DNA from: Candidatus Bathyarchaeota archaeon RBG_16_48_13
GTDB taxonomy: Archaea; Thermoproteota; Bathyarchaeia; RBG-16-48-13
Assembly: GCA_001775995.1 (NCBI GenBank)
Contig: MEZH01000007.1
Coordinates: 9,725-73,724, forward strand
Direction: 5' to 3'
DNA: 64,000 nucleotides
Part shown: positions 55,229 through 64,000 of the stretch, piece by piece
How the letters are laid out: every line of letters starts with the position of its first letter
Numbering within the stretch: the first letter of the stretch is position 1
Made by a program: the position numbers and the translations under genes
The notes under the pieces: generated by a model
Databases searched by the model: none
The model's input: the letters and a program-made list of their open reading frames with translations, nothing else
Told to the model about the DNA's origin: nothing

Positions 55229-56035
55229 ATGTCTGGCAAGCTTTCTTTGGATTTTGATATGCCTAAATCCATAGCGATGGGTGAAGAATTCGTAAGGGAA
55301 CATGTCAAGAGTGCGGCAGTGGACGGAGTTGCCATTGGATTAAGCGGTGGCCTAGACTCGTCATTGCTCGCTGCCTTGTGCGTCAGGGCGGTGGGACCCA
55401 ACAAAGTACACGGATTCATAATGCCTGTTCGTGGCATCACGCCTTCAGGCGATGTTCGGGACGCAAGGGAATTGTCCAGACTCCTCGGAATAGAACATGC
55501 TTACGTGGAGATCGGGAAGATCGTCAAGGCTTTCATGGAGGCCAACCCCCTCAAGGATACTAATGTCGGCATAGCTCGCGGAAATGTCATGGCTAGAACC
55601 CGAATGACCCTCCTCTACTACGTCGCCAACCTCAAAAACCTTCTTGTGGCGGGCAGCGGTGACCGTAGCGAGATCCTCATAGGCTACTTCACGAAATATG
55701 GCGACGGGGGGGCAGACATCTTCCCCCTGGGCAACCTGTACAAGACGCAGGTTCGGGAATTGGCAAAGTACCTAGAGTTGCCGTCATCCATAGTCAACAA
55801 GCCGAGCAGCCCAAGGTTTTGGAAAGGCCATATTGCGGAGAACGAGATAGGTCTAGGGTACGGGAAGGTGGATTTGATCCTCCATGGCCTTCTAGACCTT
55901 AACCTCCAACCAAAAGATGTCGCTTCGAAGGCAGATGTCTCGTTGGACGACATCGTGAAGGTATTGAAGATGGTTCAGCACTCAGAGCACAAACGGATGA
56001 TGCCTCCTCTCCCACCTCCCATAACGTTGATGTAG
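55229..56035 (+). CDS. nadE: NH3-dependent NAD+ synthetase
   Basis: GLSGGLDS, GNVMARTRM, SEILIGYFTKYGDG, PLGNLYKTQV. Confidence 0.96.
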   Translation: MSGKLSLDFDMPKSIAMGEEFVREHVKSAAVDGVAIGLSGGLDSSLLAALCVRAVGPNKVHGFIMPVRGITPSGDVRDARELSRLLGIEHAYVEIGKIVKAFMEANPLKDTNVGIARGNVMARTRMTLLYYVANLKNLLVAGSGDRSEILIGYFTKYGDGGADIFPLGNLYKTQVRELAKYLELPSSIVNKPSSPRFWKGHIAENEIGLGYGKVDLILHGLLDLNLQPKDVASKADVSLDDIVKVLKMVQHSEHKRMMPPLPPPITLM

Positions 56036-56071
56036 GAGCAAAAACAGCCCAAGATTGGTGTTGCGAACCCT

Positions 56072-56326
56072 TTGGTCAATGTCGTCGCCAGGAAGGGAAT
56101 CGCGACTGACATGGAACTGTACGAGGAGATCTGCGATAGTCCCGGTCTTTCATGTTACGAGCTCGCCAAGAAAACGGGCTGGTTGGTAGGGGGATCTGGA
56201 CCCTTTCAAGAGGCTGGCGAGGGTCAGCTAATAACGGTGGAGAAGATCCGGGAAGGGCCAAAGAGGTTGGTTTATCCCATGAACTGGACCGAGCTGGGCG
56301 AGGGTAAGCCCAAGAAGAAGTGCTGA
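56072..56326 (+). CDS. Small winged-HTH-like protein, possibly degenerate
   Basis: ELYEEI..SPGLSCYELAKKTGW helix-turn-helix start and LI.VEK...KRLVYP wing; the middle looks out of register. Confidence 0.5.
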   Translation: MVNVVARKGIATDMELYEEICDSPGLSCYELAKKTGWLVGGSGPFQEAGEGQLITVEKIREGPKRLVYPMNWTELGEGKPKKKC

Positions 56327-56387
56327 CTAGACTAGATGGGGCATTTAAATAATCACTTGCCCTAAACTGGAATGGAGGGGTCATGAT

Positions 56388-57449
56388 TTGGATTTTGAGA
56401 AGGTCAAGTTCGGCGTGCTTTTGAGTCCCATGGCAATCAATAGAATGATAGAAGACACAATCCTCTGTGAGAAGTATGGGTACGATTCAGTCTGGTGGAT
56501 CGACCATCTCATCAGCTACTTCCCCGAACATATTGTCCCTGAGCTCTTCACGACGATGGCCCTAATGGGCGACCAGACACGGAGGATAGCAATAGGTTCC
56601 TGCGTCGCGGACGTCCTGAGGAGACACCCCGCTTCCATAGCCGCATCGGTAGCGACGATTGATAGCATGTTCAACGGTCGCACAATACTTGGTCTTGGCG
56701 CCGGTGAGGCCATGAACCTCGAACCCTTTGGAATACCGACCGACAACCTCTACGGAAAATTGAGGGAGGCCATACTGGTCATTAGGCTGCTTTGGGCTTC
56801 AAGCAAGTTGAAACCGGCCAACTTCAAAGGAAAATTTTTCAAGCTAACCAAGGCATATGTCCAGATTCAGCCAAAGACGAAACCGAGCCCGCCCATATGG
56901 GTCGGTGCCTTCGGGCCAAAGATGCTCGAGATGACGGGTGAACTGGCCGACGGTTGGTTACCATTCTCCCACTCCCCAGAATCCTATAAGGCATGCATGG
57001 ATGGTCCCATAAGGAAGGGCGCCGAGAAGGCGAAGAGAACCCTAGCAAGATTCGTCCCTGCCATGAAACCCATAGCGACCGTGGCGAAGGACCTGGAGGA
57101 GGCTAGGAATACCGTTCTGCCCCAGGCCAAGTACGTGTTGATGATACTACCAGACGTCCTGAAGATGGTCGCCCCTCATGTCTCTCACCCTGGGAGAGAA
57201 GCCCTCTCAGTGTCCAGGGAACCCACTGACGACGAATCAACCAGCAAGATAGCGCAGATGTCTAAGGCCATCCCGGACGAGTCAGCTCTCAAGACAGTCA
57301 TCTGGGGAAACCCAGATCAATGCATAGGACAGATAGAGGCATTCATCAAGGCGGGCTGTCAACACTTTGTTTTGGACTTCAGAGGTCCAGACGTGCAGCA
57401 GATTATTTCGACCTACGCAAAGAGAGTCATACCCTACTTCAGAAAATAG
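56388..57449 (+). CDS. LLM-class flavin/F420-dependent oxidoreductase
   Basis: GYDSVWWIDH, GRTILGLGAGE, PPIWVG, GELADGW, WGNPDQC. Confidence 0.9.
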   Translation: MDFEKVKFGVLLSPMAINRMIEDTILCEKYGYDSVWWIDHLISYFPEHIVPELFTTMALMGDQTRRIAIGSCVADVLRRHPASIAASVATIDSMFNGRTILGLGAGEAMNLEPFGIPTDNLYGKLREAILVIRLLWASSKLKPANFKGKFFKLTKAYVQIQPKTKPSPPIWVGAFGPKMLEMTGELADGWLPFSHSPESYKACMDGPIRKGAEKAKRTLARFVPAMKPIATVAKDLEEARNTVLPQAKYVLMILPDVLKMVAPHVSHPGREALSVSREPTDDESTSKIAQMSKAIPDESALKTVIWGNPDQCIGQIEAFIKAGCQHFVLDFRGPDVQQIISTYAKRVIPYFRK

Positions 57450-57493
57450 AACTGAACGCCTGAGACCGCTAGTAAGAAAAAGCTTCGGGGAAC

Positions 57494-58945
57494 CTAAGTT
57501 ATGGTTCTCACAAGATGCTTTTCTCTGTCATAAATGTTGATTACCAAGGCGTTTCTTCCATCTATCAGGTGAGTGGCGCAGGCGAAGCAGGGGTCGTAGG
57601 CCCTGAAGGCCATTTCAACCATATTCAATAAGCCGTCGTCGACCATCCCATTCTTTATGAGACCTGAAGCCGCTGTCTTCACGGAGGTGCAGATGGCGGG
57701 GTAGTTGTTCGTCGTGGCGACAATAAGGTTCACGTCCTTTATCAATCCTTCTTCATCAAGTTTGTAGTGATGTATCAGAGTTCCTCGAGCCGCCTCGACC
57801 ACCCCCACGCCCTCTCCAGACTTGGTCGGGAATCTCCTTATGTCTGTGCTGGTTATTTCAGGGTCCCTACTCAGTTCGAGGGTTCTCTCCGCCGCGTAGA
57901 GGAGCTCCACGAGCCGGGCCCAGTGGTAAGCTAAGGTCGAGTGCAGAGGCTTGCCGCCGAGGGTCTCGTACATTCGCAGGTATTCCTGCTGGGCTAGGGG
58001 AGTTGCCATGCTTTCCGAGGCGTTGAGCCTCGCCAAGGGGCCGACCCTGTATATCCCGCTCTCCGATCCGTCAACGTAGCCTCTCCAGCCCACGTTCTTC
58101 AGGTACGGTAGCTTGGAGTATGTCCACTCTTCAACTCTCTCCTCCACAACGTCGAAGTAGTCCCCTGGGTTGAACCTTAGATACTCCTTTCCGCTTTGAT
58201 TGACAACTCTGATCTTCCCGTCATAAAAGTTGACCTTGTTCTTCTCGTCAACCATACCCATGTAGTAGGTCTCGAGGTTGTAGGCATTGCTCTTGATCAG
58301 CTTCATGAACTCCTCGTTTCCCAAGACCACCTTCTCGAAGACCCCGAGGGAGAGTTTGGCGAATTCCACGCAAGACTCGGCCATCTCCTCTATCTCTTGC
58401 TGCTCCTTGTCGGTGATGGGTTTAGACATGCCGCCGGGAAGGGCACATACGGGGTGAGTTGCTTTCCCTCCGATTATGGCGGTGATCTTCTGGCCGTAAG
58501 CCCTGTGCTTAATGACATCTTTCCCGATTTCCAGGCCAAGCTTGTTGATAACGCCTATCACGTTTCTATCGGAGGCTGGCGCCTTCGGTCCTACGATGAA
58601 GTCGGGGCCGCCTAAGAAGTAGAAGTGGAGTATGTGATCGTAGATATAGTAGGCGTTGAACATGAGCTCCCGGAGCCTCTTGGCTGCTGGTGGAGCCTCG
58701 ACCCCGAAGGCTTGATCAAGAGCCTTTGCCGAGGCCATGTGGTGCGCCACGGGGCACACCCCACATATCCGTGTGGTTAGCTGGGGCATCTCCTCTGCCT
58801 TTCTCCCTATGCAGAATTTCTCGAAGCCCCGGAGTTCAGGTACTTGGAGGTAGGCGTTCTGGACGTTTCCAGCATCGTCGAGGAAGATCTCTATCTTTCC
58901 ATGACCTTCCAACCTTGTCACTGGATCTATAGTGATTTTCTTCAT
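57494..58945 (-). CDS. mvhA: [NiFe]-hydrogenase large subunit MvhA (group 3c)
   Basis: TRLEGHG, L1 RICGVCPVAH, EAARGTLIH, L2 DPCFACATH plus a cleavable tail. Confidence 0.96.
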   Translation of the reverse strand: MKKITIDPVTRLEGHGKIEIFLDDAGNVQNAYLQVPELRGFEKFCIGRKAEEMPQLTTRICGVCPVAHHMASAKALDQAFGVEAPPAAKRLRELMFNAYYIYDHILHFYFLGGPDFIVGPKAPASDRNVIGVINKLGLEIGKDVIKHRAYGQKITAIIGGKATHPVCALPGGMSKPITDKEQQEIEEMAESCVEFAKLSLGVFEKVVLGNEEFMKLIKSNAYNLETYYMGMVDEKNKVNFYDGKIRVVNQSGKEYLRFNPGDYFDVVEERVEEWTYSKLPYLKNVGWRGYVDGSESGIYRVGPLARLNASESMATPLAQQEYLRMYETLGGKPLHSTLAYHWARLVELLYAAERTLELSRDPEITSTDIRRFPTKSGEGVGVVEAARGTLIHHYKLDEEGLIKDVNLIVATTNNYPAICTSVKTAASGLIKNGMVDDGLLNMVEMAFRAYDPCFACATHLIDGRNALVINIYDREKHLVRTIT

Positions 58946-59913
58946 TACTTGACTCTCCTATTTATGATGGAAGAAGGCAAAGTGTACTTATAGAAGGTGC
59001 CAACGGGGTCCTTGATCTCGCCAACAAGCTGATCCATGTCATTCTCGGATTTTTCTTTCTCATTCTCTATCCCGAGGATGGAAGAGAGGGCGCCGATCAT
59101 GGCCGCCCCTTGGTCCGAGGCGCCTGGTATTGGCCCCATACAACCTGTGCAGGGCATGTTAGCGTCTAGACACGGCTCGCCGCATCCTGATCGTGTTGCC
59201 GGACCCATGCAGATGATCCCTTGGTCTAGGAAACACTTCTTCGGGTCGAGTGCTGTTTCGTGGAAGCGTTTCACTTTTGCGATTTTCTTGTTTCCCTTTT
59301 CTCTCTTGCAGCTCTCACAAAGGGAGATCTCCGGTGCAAGAACTGAACCCTTCTTCGGATTTGTTCCCGAAGAAAAGGATTGAAGAACCTTGGCTATCAA
59401 GTCAACTGGAGGCGGGCAGCCGGGCAAGTAGAAATCTACATTCACCACTTGATCTAAGGTCTTGACGGTATCGTAAAACTCAGGCAAGGTAAGCTCGCCC
59501 TCCTTAGCTTCGGAGCAAGTCCTAGGAATCACACCAGGGAGGTTTTTGGTGGAGACACTTTCCCGGTAGACTTTCTCGAACACTGTCCTCCTATTGTGCA
59601 GGTTAGCCAATCCCGGAACTCCGCCGCCACAGGCGCAAGAACCGAAGGAGATTAGAATTCTCGATTTCTTCCTAAGCAGCTTGGCTAAGAGTTCATTTTC
59701 CCCATTTCTTATGGAGCCGTTAAAGAAGCAGATATCGACGCTCTTGTCGCCCATTGCCTTTATATCTTTGTATTTGATGTCCATGACCACAGGCCAGAAC
59801 ACTATGTCAGCGACCTTCAACGTGTCTAGGATCTTCTCGTTGACATCGAGGACTGCCACTTCGCAGCCTCCACAGGTCGAAGCCCAGTAGAAGCCAATCT
59901 TCAATTTACTCAT
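58945..59913 (-). CDS. mvhG: [NiFe]-hydrogenase small subunit MvhG
   Basis: STCGGCE, GSCA, PGCPP, CFLDQG..CMGPATRSGC, PCTGC. Confidence 0.95.
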   Translation of the reverse strand: MSKLKIGFYWASTCGGCEVAVLDVNEKILDTLKVADIVFWPVVMDIKYKDIKAMGDKSVDICFFNGSIRNGENELLAKLLRKKSRILISFGSCACGGGVPGLANLHNRRTVFEKVYRESVSTKNLPGVIPRTCSEAKEGELTLPEFYDTVKTLDQVVNVDFYLPGCPPPVDLIAKVLQSFSSGTNPKKGSVLAPEISLCESCKREKGNKKIAKVKRFHETALDPKKCFLDQGIICMGPATRSGCGEPCLDANMPCTGCMGPIPGASDQGAAMIGALSSILGIENEKEKSENDMDQLVGEIKDPVGTFYKYTLPSSIINRRVK

Positions 59914-59927
59914 CAATGTGCCTCCCA

Positions 59928-60425
59928 TTATGCCTGTGAAGTAGAAGTGACCCGGGACGCTACCCTTTCAAGCTCTCTTAAGGAGGACCCAGCGAATTCT
60001 CCTCCCGTCTTCGTCAGCGGGTTGGGCCCAAGCCTCTTTATCTCGTCCGTCATCTCCTTTACGACATCAGCGAATCTCGCACCTTCCGAAGCCGAGACCC
60101 ATTCAACCCTGAGCCGCTGGGGCTCGAAACCCAACTGTTGTAGGAGCTTCCTCAGGGCAGCGATCCTCCTATAGGTCTTGAAGTTGCCCGAGACATAATG
60201 ACAGTCGGAAGGCAAGTGACAGCCCGCCACCAGCACCCCATCCGCTCCGCTCTTGAAGGCCTCAAGCACGAAAGCTGGGTCAATTCTCCCGCTACACATG
60301 ACCCTTATTATTCTGAGGTTCGGCGGGTATTGCATACGGCTTATTCCAGCTAGATCCGCGCCCGCGTAGGAACACCAGTTGCATAAGAATCCCAAGATTT
60401 TCGGCTGAAATTCGTCTACGGCCAT
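59928..60425 (-). CDS. mvhD: Hydrogenase iron-sulfur subunit MvhD
   Basis: FLCNWCSYAGAD, RVMCSGR, GCHLPSDCHY, WVSASEG. Confidence 0.96.
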   Translation of the reverse strand: MAVDEFQPKILGFLCNWCSYAGADLAGISRMQYPPNLRIIRVMCSGRIDPAFVLEAFKSGADGVLVAGCHLPSDCHYVSGNFKTYRRIAALRKLLQQLGFEPQRLRVEWVSASEGARFADVVKEMTDEIKRLGPNPLTKTGGEFAGSSLRELERVASRVTSTSQA

Positions 60426-60426
60426 T

Positions 60427-62394
60427 TCAATCCCTCAGAACTGCTTTGACCTGAGCTAGGATGGCATCATCTGTGAAGTGGCACATCTTGATTGACTTGG
60501 TAGGGCAAGCTGATCCGCAGACGCCACATCCCTTGCACAAGACTTCAATGACGCTCGACACCTGTTTGCCTGACTTCTCTTTCATCTTTATGGCGCCGTA
60601 CTCGCAGACGGATTCGCATATTCTGCATCCGGAACATAGATCCTCATCGACGCTCGCTATGATCCCTTCTAACTCAACCTTGCCCATCGATAAAGGCACG
60701 GCGGCTCTGGAGGCCGCTGCGCCAGCCTGAGCCACAGCATCGGGTATATCCTTTGGGCCTTGAGCCGCACCGCCCAAGAAGACGCCATCGATGTTGGTCT
60801 CGACGGGTCTCAGCTTCGGGTGTGCTTCCAAGAAGAAGCCGTCAGGTCCCCTCGAAAGCTTCAGAATGCTTTGGAGCTCCGAAGTGTCGGCCCTGGGGAT
60901 GACACCCGTGGCCAACACAGCCAGATCGAACTCCCTCTCTGCGACTTCGCCCAGTAATGTATCTTCGAACCTTAGGACTAGATTCTTGTCATCGGGATTC
61001 TCCAGAATCTCGCCGACCCGACCTCTGATGAATCGCACACCTTCCTGCTGAACGCGTTCATAGAACTCCTCATAGCCTTTACCGAAGCACCTCATGTCTA
61101 TGTAGAATATCGAGACCTCCGCACCAGGGAACTTCTCCTTGATCTGGTGCGCTTGCTTCAAGGAGGCCATGCAACAAACCCTTGAACAGTAGAGGTTGGC
61201 GTTCTTGTCTCTGGAACCAACGCATTGAACGAATGCGACACTTCGCGGCGCCTTGCCATCGGAAGGCCTCAACACTTTCCCGCTAGTAGGTCCTGAGGCG
61301 TTCACCAATCTCTCAAATTCCAACCCGTTTATTACATTTCGGTAGATTCCGTAACCGTACTCGGCTTTATGACCCGCGTCGTATAGGTCATAGCCAGTGG
61401 CGATGATTATCGCCCCCACCTCGAGCTCCACTTCCGCGGGCAGCTGACCGAAGTCTATTGCCCCTGAGGTGCAGAACTTCTCACAAGCCCTGCAGATGTT
61501 CTTCTTGAAGTAGAGGCAGTTTTCTCTGTCAATGGTGTACCTCAACGGGACGGCTTGAGGGAAAGGAACGTATATCGCCTTTCTAGTGCCCAGGCCCAGG
61601 TCGAACTCGCTGGGGACATTGACCGGGCACTTTTCAGCGCACAAGCCACACCCGGTGCACTTGGATTCATCAACGTATCTCGGCTTCTTCAAGACCCTGG
61701 CCTTGAAGTTGCCTATGTAACCATCTATAGCCTTGACCTCAGAGTAGGCGAGCAAGCTGATGTTGGGGTGTCTAGAAATGTCCACCATCTTCGGCGTCAG
61801 GATGCATGCCGAGCAATCTAGAGTTGGAAAAGTCTTGTCGAGCTGAGCCATGTGGCCTCCAATGGATGGGGTCTTTTCCACTAGATGGACCTTGAAGCCT
61901 TGATCTGCAAGGTCCAAGGAAGACTGGATCCCAGCTATGCCGCCACCTATCACGAGGGCTGCAGGGGTCACTGGCACTTCACGCATCTGTAGGGGCTCGT
62001 CGAAGACTGATTTGGCCACGGCCGCAGCTACGAGGGCGATGGCCTTTACCGTGGCTTTTTCCGGCTCCTTCATGTGGACCCAGGAGCACTGTTCTCTTAT
62101 GTTAGCCATCTCTACCAGATAGGGGTTTAAGCCGGCTTCTTGAGCGGCCTTTCTGAAAGTGGGCTCATGCATGCGGGGTGAACATGAGGCAACTATGACT
62201 CGGTTCAACTTCCTGTCTCGGATGTCCTGTTTTATCATCGCCTGGCCCGGCTCCGAACACATGTACTTGTAGTCCTTGGCAAGCACAACATTCGGCAGAC
62301 CTGCAATTCGCTGGGCGACCTTCTCTACGTCGACTGTACCCGCTATGTTGGTTCCACAGTGACAGATGTAGACGCCTATTCTCTCGTCAGCCAT
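60427..62394 (-). CDS. hdrA: Heterodisulfide reductase subunit A
   Basis: GVYICHCG, CSPRMHE, NIREQCSW, GGGIAG, DKTFPTLDCSACI, CSRVCCM, two ferredoxin-like modules. Confidence 0.97.
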   Translation of the reverse strand: MADERIGVYICHCGTNIAGTVDVEKVAQRIAGLPNVVLAKDYKYMCSEPGQAMIKQDIRDRKLNRVIVASCSPRMHEPTFRKAAQEAGLNPYLVEMANIREQCSWVHMKEPEKATVKAIALVAAAVAKSVFDEPLQMREVPVTPAALVIGGGIAGIQSSLDLADQGFKVHLVEKTPSIGGHMAQLDKTFPTLDCSACILTPKMVDISRHPNISLLAYSEVKAIDGYIGNFKARVLKKPRYVDESKCTGCGLCAEKCPVNVPSEFDLGLGTRKAIYVPFPQAVPLRYTIDRENCLYFKKNICRACEKFCTSGAIDFGQLPAEVELEVGAIIIATGYDLYDAGHKAEYGYGIYRNVINGLEFERLVNASGPTSGKVLRPSDGKAPRSVAFVQCVGSRDKNANLYCSRVCCMASLKQAHQIKEKFPGAEVSIFYIDMRCFGKGYEEFYERVQQEGVRFIRGRVGEILENPDDKNLVLRFEDTLLGEVAEREFDLAVLATGVIPRADTSELQSILKLSRGPDGFFLEAHPKLRPVETNIDGVFLGGAAQGPKDIPDAVAQAGAAASRAAVPLSMGKVELEGIIASVDEDLCSGCRICESVCEYGAIKMKEKSGKQVSSVIEVLCKGCGVCGSACPTKSIKMCHFTDDAILAQVKAVLRD

Positions 62395-62396
62395 AC

Positions 62397-63293
62397 TCAC
62401 TTATTGCCTCCAGTTATGCCTAGTCTCTCCAAGTATGCGGGCGGGACGCTGTTGTCGTAGAGCCCGAGCTTCTCTGGAGACAGACCCATGGCTAGGCCCA
62501 GAAGTTGGGTAATATATAGAACAGGTACCCTTTCCTTCAACCTCCCTTTATCCCTGAGCTCGGTCTGGCCCAGATCGAACTGAAGGTGACAGAAGACGCA
62601 GGGCGTCACGATGCAATCAACCCCTGCAGCGGTCATGTTCTGGACCTTTTCGAGCGTGAAGTCCAAGGCGACTAGCGGCTCGCCAGACCTGACGCCGCCG
62701 CCTGCCCCACAGCAAATATTCTTGTCTTTGTATGGGACGCTCTCAGCCCCGACGAGGCTGACCAAGTCGTCCAAGAAGACGGGTCTCTCAGAGGAGCCGT
62801 GAGCCCTGATCTTGGTGGGTTTTAAGTAATGACACCCGTAATGGGCCGCAACCCTCAGGCCTTTCAATTGCCGTGTTATATGGTTTTTCAGGGTTTCCGA
62901 GCCCACATCCTTGTCCAAGACCTCAACTACGTGTTTCACTTGAGTGCCGCCGCCGTAGCTTCGCTTTACCTTTTCCAAGAGTGCGTTTACTCTTCCTCGT
63001 CTTTCTTTGTCATTCAGTATGACGGAGGCTTCTTGAAGAGAGGCGTAGCAACCGTTGCAGGTGAGGGTTATGTCCAGCCCCAGCTGCTCTGCAATGGAGA
63101 GGTTTCTGGCACCTATGACTAGCCAGTTCTCAAGGTCGAAGCTCCCCAAGACACCTGGGGCCGGGCAGCAAGTGGCGCCGTTCATCTCTAGTAGGTCTAT
63201 CTGAAATTCATTCATTACGAGTCTCGTGGCGGCCTCGATGCCTGGATAGCGAAGGGGCATTATGCACCCTAGAAAGAAGGCGTATTTCTTCAT
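62397..63293 (-). CDS. hdrB: Heterodisulfide reductase subunit B
   Basis: FLGC, TCCP, CNGC, HYGCH, CCGAGGG, PCVFCHLQFD (CCG domains). Confidence 0.96.
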   Translation of the reverse strand: MKKYAFFLGCIMPLRYPGIEAATRLVMNEFQIDLLEMNGATCCPAPGVLGSFDLENWLVIGARNLSIAEQLGLDITLTCNGCYASLQEASVILNDKERRGRVNALLEKVKRSYGGGTQVKHVVEVLDKDVGSETLKNHITRQLKGLRVAAHYGCHYLKPTKIRAHGSSERPVFLDDLVSLVGAESVPYKDKNICCGAGGGVRSGEPLVALDFTLEKVQNMTAAGVDCIVTPCVFCHLQFDLGQTELRDKGRLKERVPVLYITQLLGLAMGLSPEKLGLYDNSVPPAYLERLGITGGNK

Positions 63294-63856
63294 TTCTTAT
63301 CCCTAATTACCTTGTTGTAGAAGCCGTCAGTTCTCATGATCTCTTGGATCTCTGCTAGGGCCTCTGGAAACAGTAATGAGGTCGGAGGAACCGGGCTCAG
63401 ACCAAGCTTGACGCGGGTCTTCTTCCCTTCCTCGTTGAGTGGTATCGTGTGACCGGTTTTTATGAAGTTGTTAGCAACGACGAGGTGGCGCTCCTTTGCT
63501 CTACCCTCCTCGAAGGCAATATTCCTGACGATCTTCACAATCTCGGTCACTCTCACGTCTCTGGGGCACCTTTCTTGGCAGGTATAGCAGGTAGTGCAAG
63601 ACCAGAGATCATTAGTATCCAGGACTTCTTCCCTATATCCCATCTGGATTCCCCTTATCATGGAGCGAATCCTCAAGGCGGTTCTCCTTCCTGAGGGACA
63701 GCTCCCAACGCACGTTCCACATTGGACACATTCGTACAGGGTATTCAAATCTTCCAGCGGGTAGATTCTCGCTCCCCTACTCATCACTTCTTTGGCCAGA
63801 TTCCAGGAGGGAACGCGGTTCGCTTTCGAGTCTTTCAAAGTGGACAGATCTGCCAC
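63290..63856 (-). CDS. hdrC: Heterodisulfide reductase subunit C
   Basis: CVQCGTCVGSCP and WSCTTCYTCQERCP. Confidence 0.96.
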   Translation of the reverse strand: MADLSTLKDSKANRVPSWNLAKEVMSRGARIYPLEDLNTLYECVQCGTCVGSCPSGRRTALRIRSMIRGIQMGYREEVLDTNDLWSCTTCYTCQERCPRDVRVTEIVKIVRNIAFEEGRAKERHLVVANNFIKTGHTIPLNEEGKKTRVKLGLSPVPPTSLLFPEALAEIQEIMRTDGFYNKVIRDKK

Positions 63857-63934
63857 CTCTAAGGGGAAAAGTATTGTTTACAAGGACTACTTAAGGGGAA
63901 GCTATTAAAACATAACGCAGTTATAATTAAGGCA

Positions 63935-64000
63935 TTAAAGCCGGCTTCCAAGGAGACTGGCGATCTCTTTTTCGACGAGCCGAGCAACCTCGGAGGCCCC
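63935..64000 (-). CDS. 3' end of an upstream gene (possibly a hydrogenase maturation protease)
   Basis: Reads GASEVARLVEKEIASLLGSRL*; an amphipathic terminal helix. Identity is inferred only from context. Confidence 0.35.
   Translation of the reverse strand, partial: GASEVARLVEKEIASLLGSRL

Noticed and set aside
59928-60010. 25-aa C-terminal tail on MvhD
   Set aside because: It ends just before the mvhG RBS and carries no motif; consistent with ordinary operon packing.
57494-63856. Selenocysteine or pyrrolysine recoding in Hdr/Mvh
   Set aside because: All ORFs are uninterrupted and the ligand positions are Cys.
1-64000. rRNA, tRNA, CRISPR arrays, integrases, transposases
   Set aside because: No tRNA arm signatures, regularly spaced repeats or recombinase motifs were seen by eye. 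Small or intron-containing RNAs cannot be excluded without tRNAscan-SE and Infernal.
1-64000. Many 60-200 aa ORFs of the track antisense to or nested in strong genes (e.g. 396-893, 12811-13398, 18923-19378, 39226-39741, 46994-47611)
   Set aside because: They are shadow frames of well-supported genes with no recognisable motifs.

Overview
Archaeal chromosomal window. Gene content and protein style best fit a TACK archaeon, probably Bathyarchaeia (inference from radA and its neighbours, EF-1beta, Tes, Mch/Mer/MtrH-like proteins, hdrCBA-mvhDGA). About 70 densely packed CDSs: housekeeping genes (cdc48, ef1b, pth2, truD, radA, rqc2, pyrC, nadE, ilvE, glnA), ether-lipid genes (GGR, ino1, tes), a complete hdrCBA-mvhDGA cluster and many accessory redox or catabolic genes. 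I saw no rRNA, tRNA, CRISPR array, integrase or transposase. Three small genes missing from the ORF track were read by hand: a 53-aa Zn-ribbon, a 48-aa CdrS-like RHH protein and a 37-aa Lys-rich peptide. Best leads: (1) a divergent iscS-tusA / glnA-Ubl-EamA-amidohydrolase-LLM-like locus whose ubiquitin-like protein has a 20-aa tail after its GG motif; (2) a HerA-type ATPase fused to an N-terminal alpha/alpha-toroid domain; (3) a cysteine-free ThiI pseudoenzyme without a PP-loop; (4) a set of divergent C1-like paralogues (several Mer-like LLMs, stand-alone MtrH, atypical Mch); (5) an EMC6-like membrane protein; (6) a thi4 C-terminal relic and two frameshifted oxidoreductase genes. All calls come from motif recognition by eye; no database searches were run.
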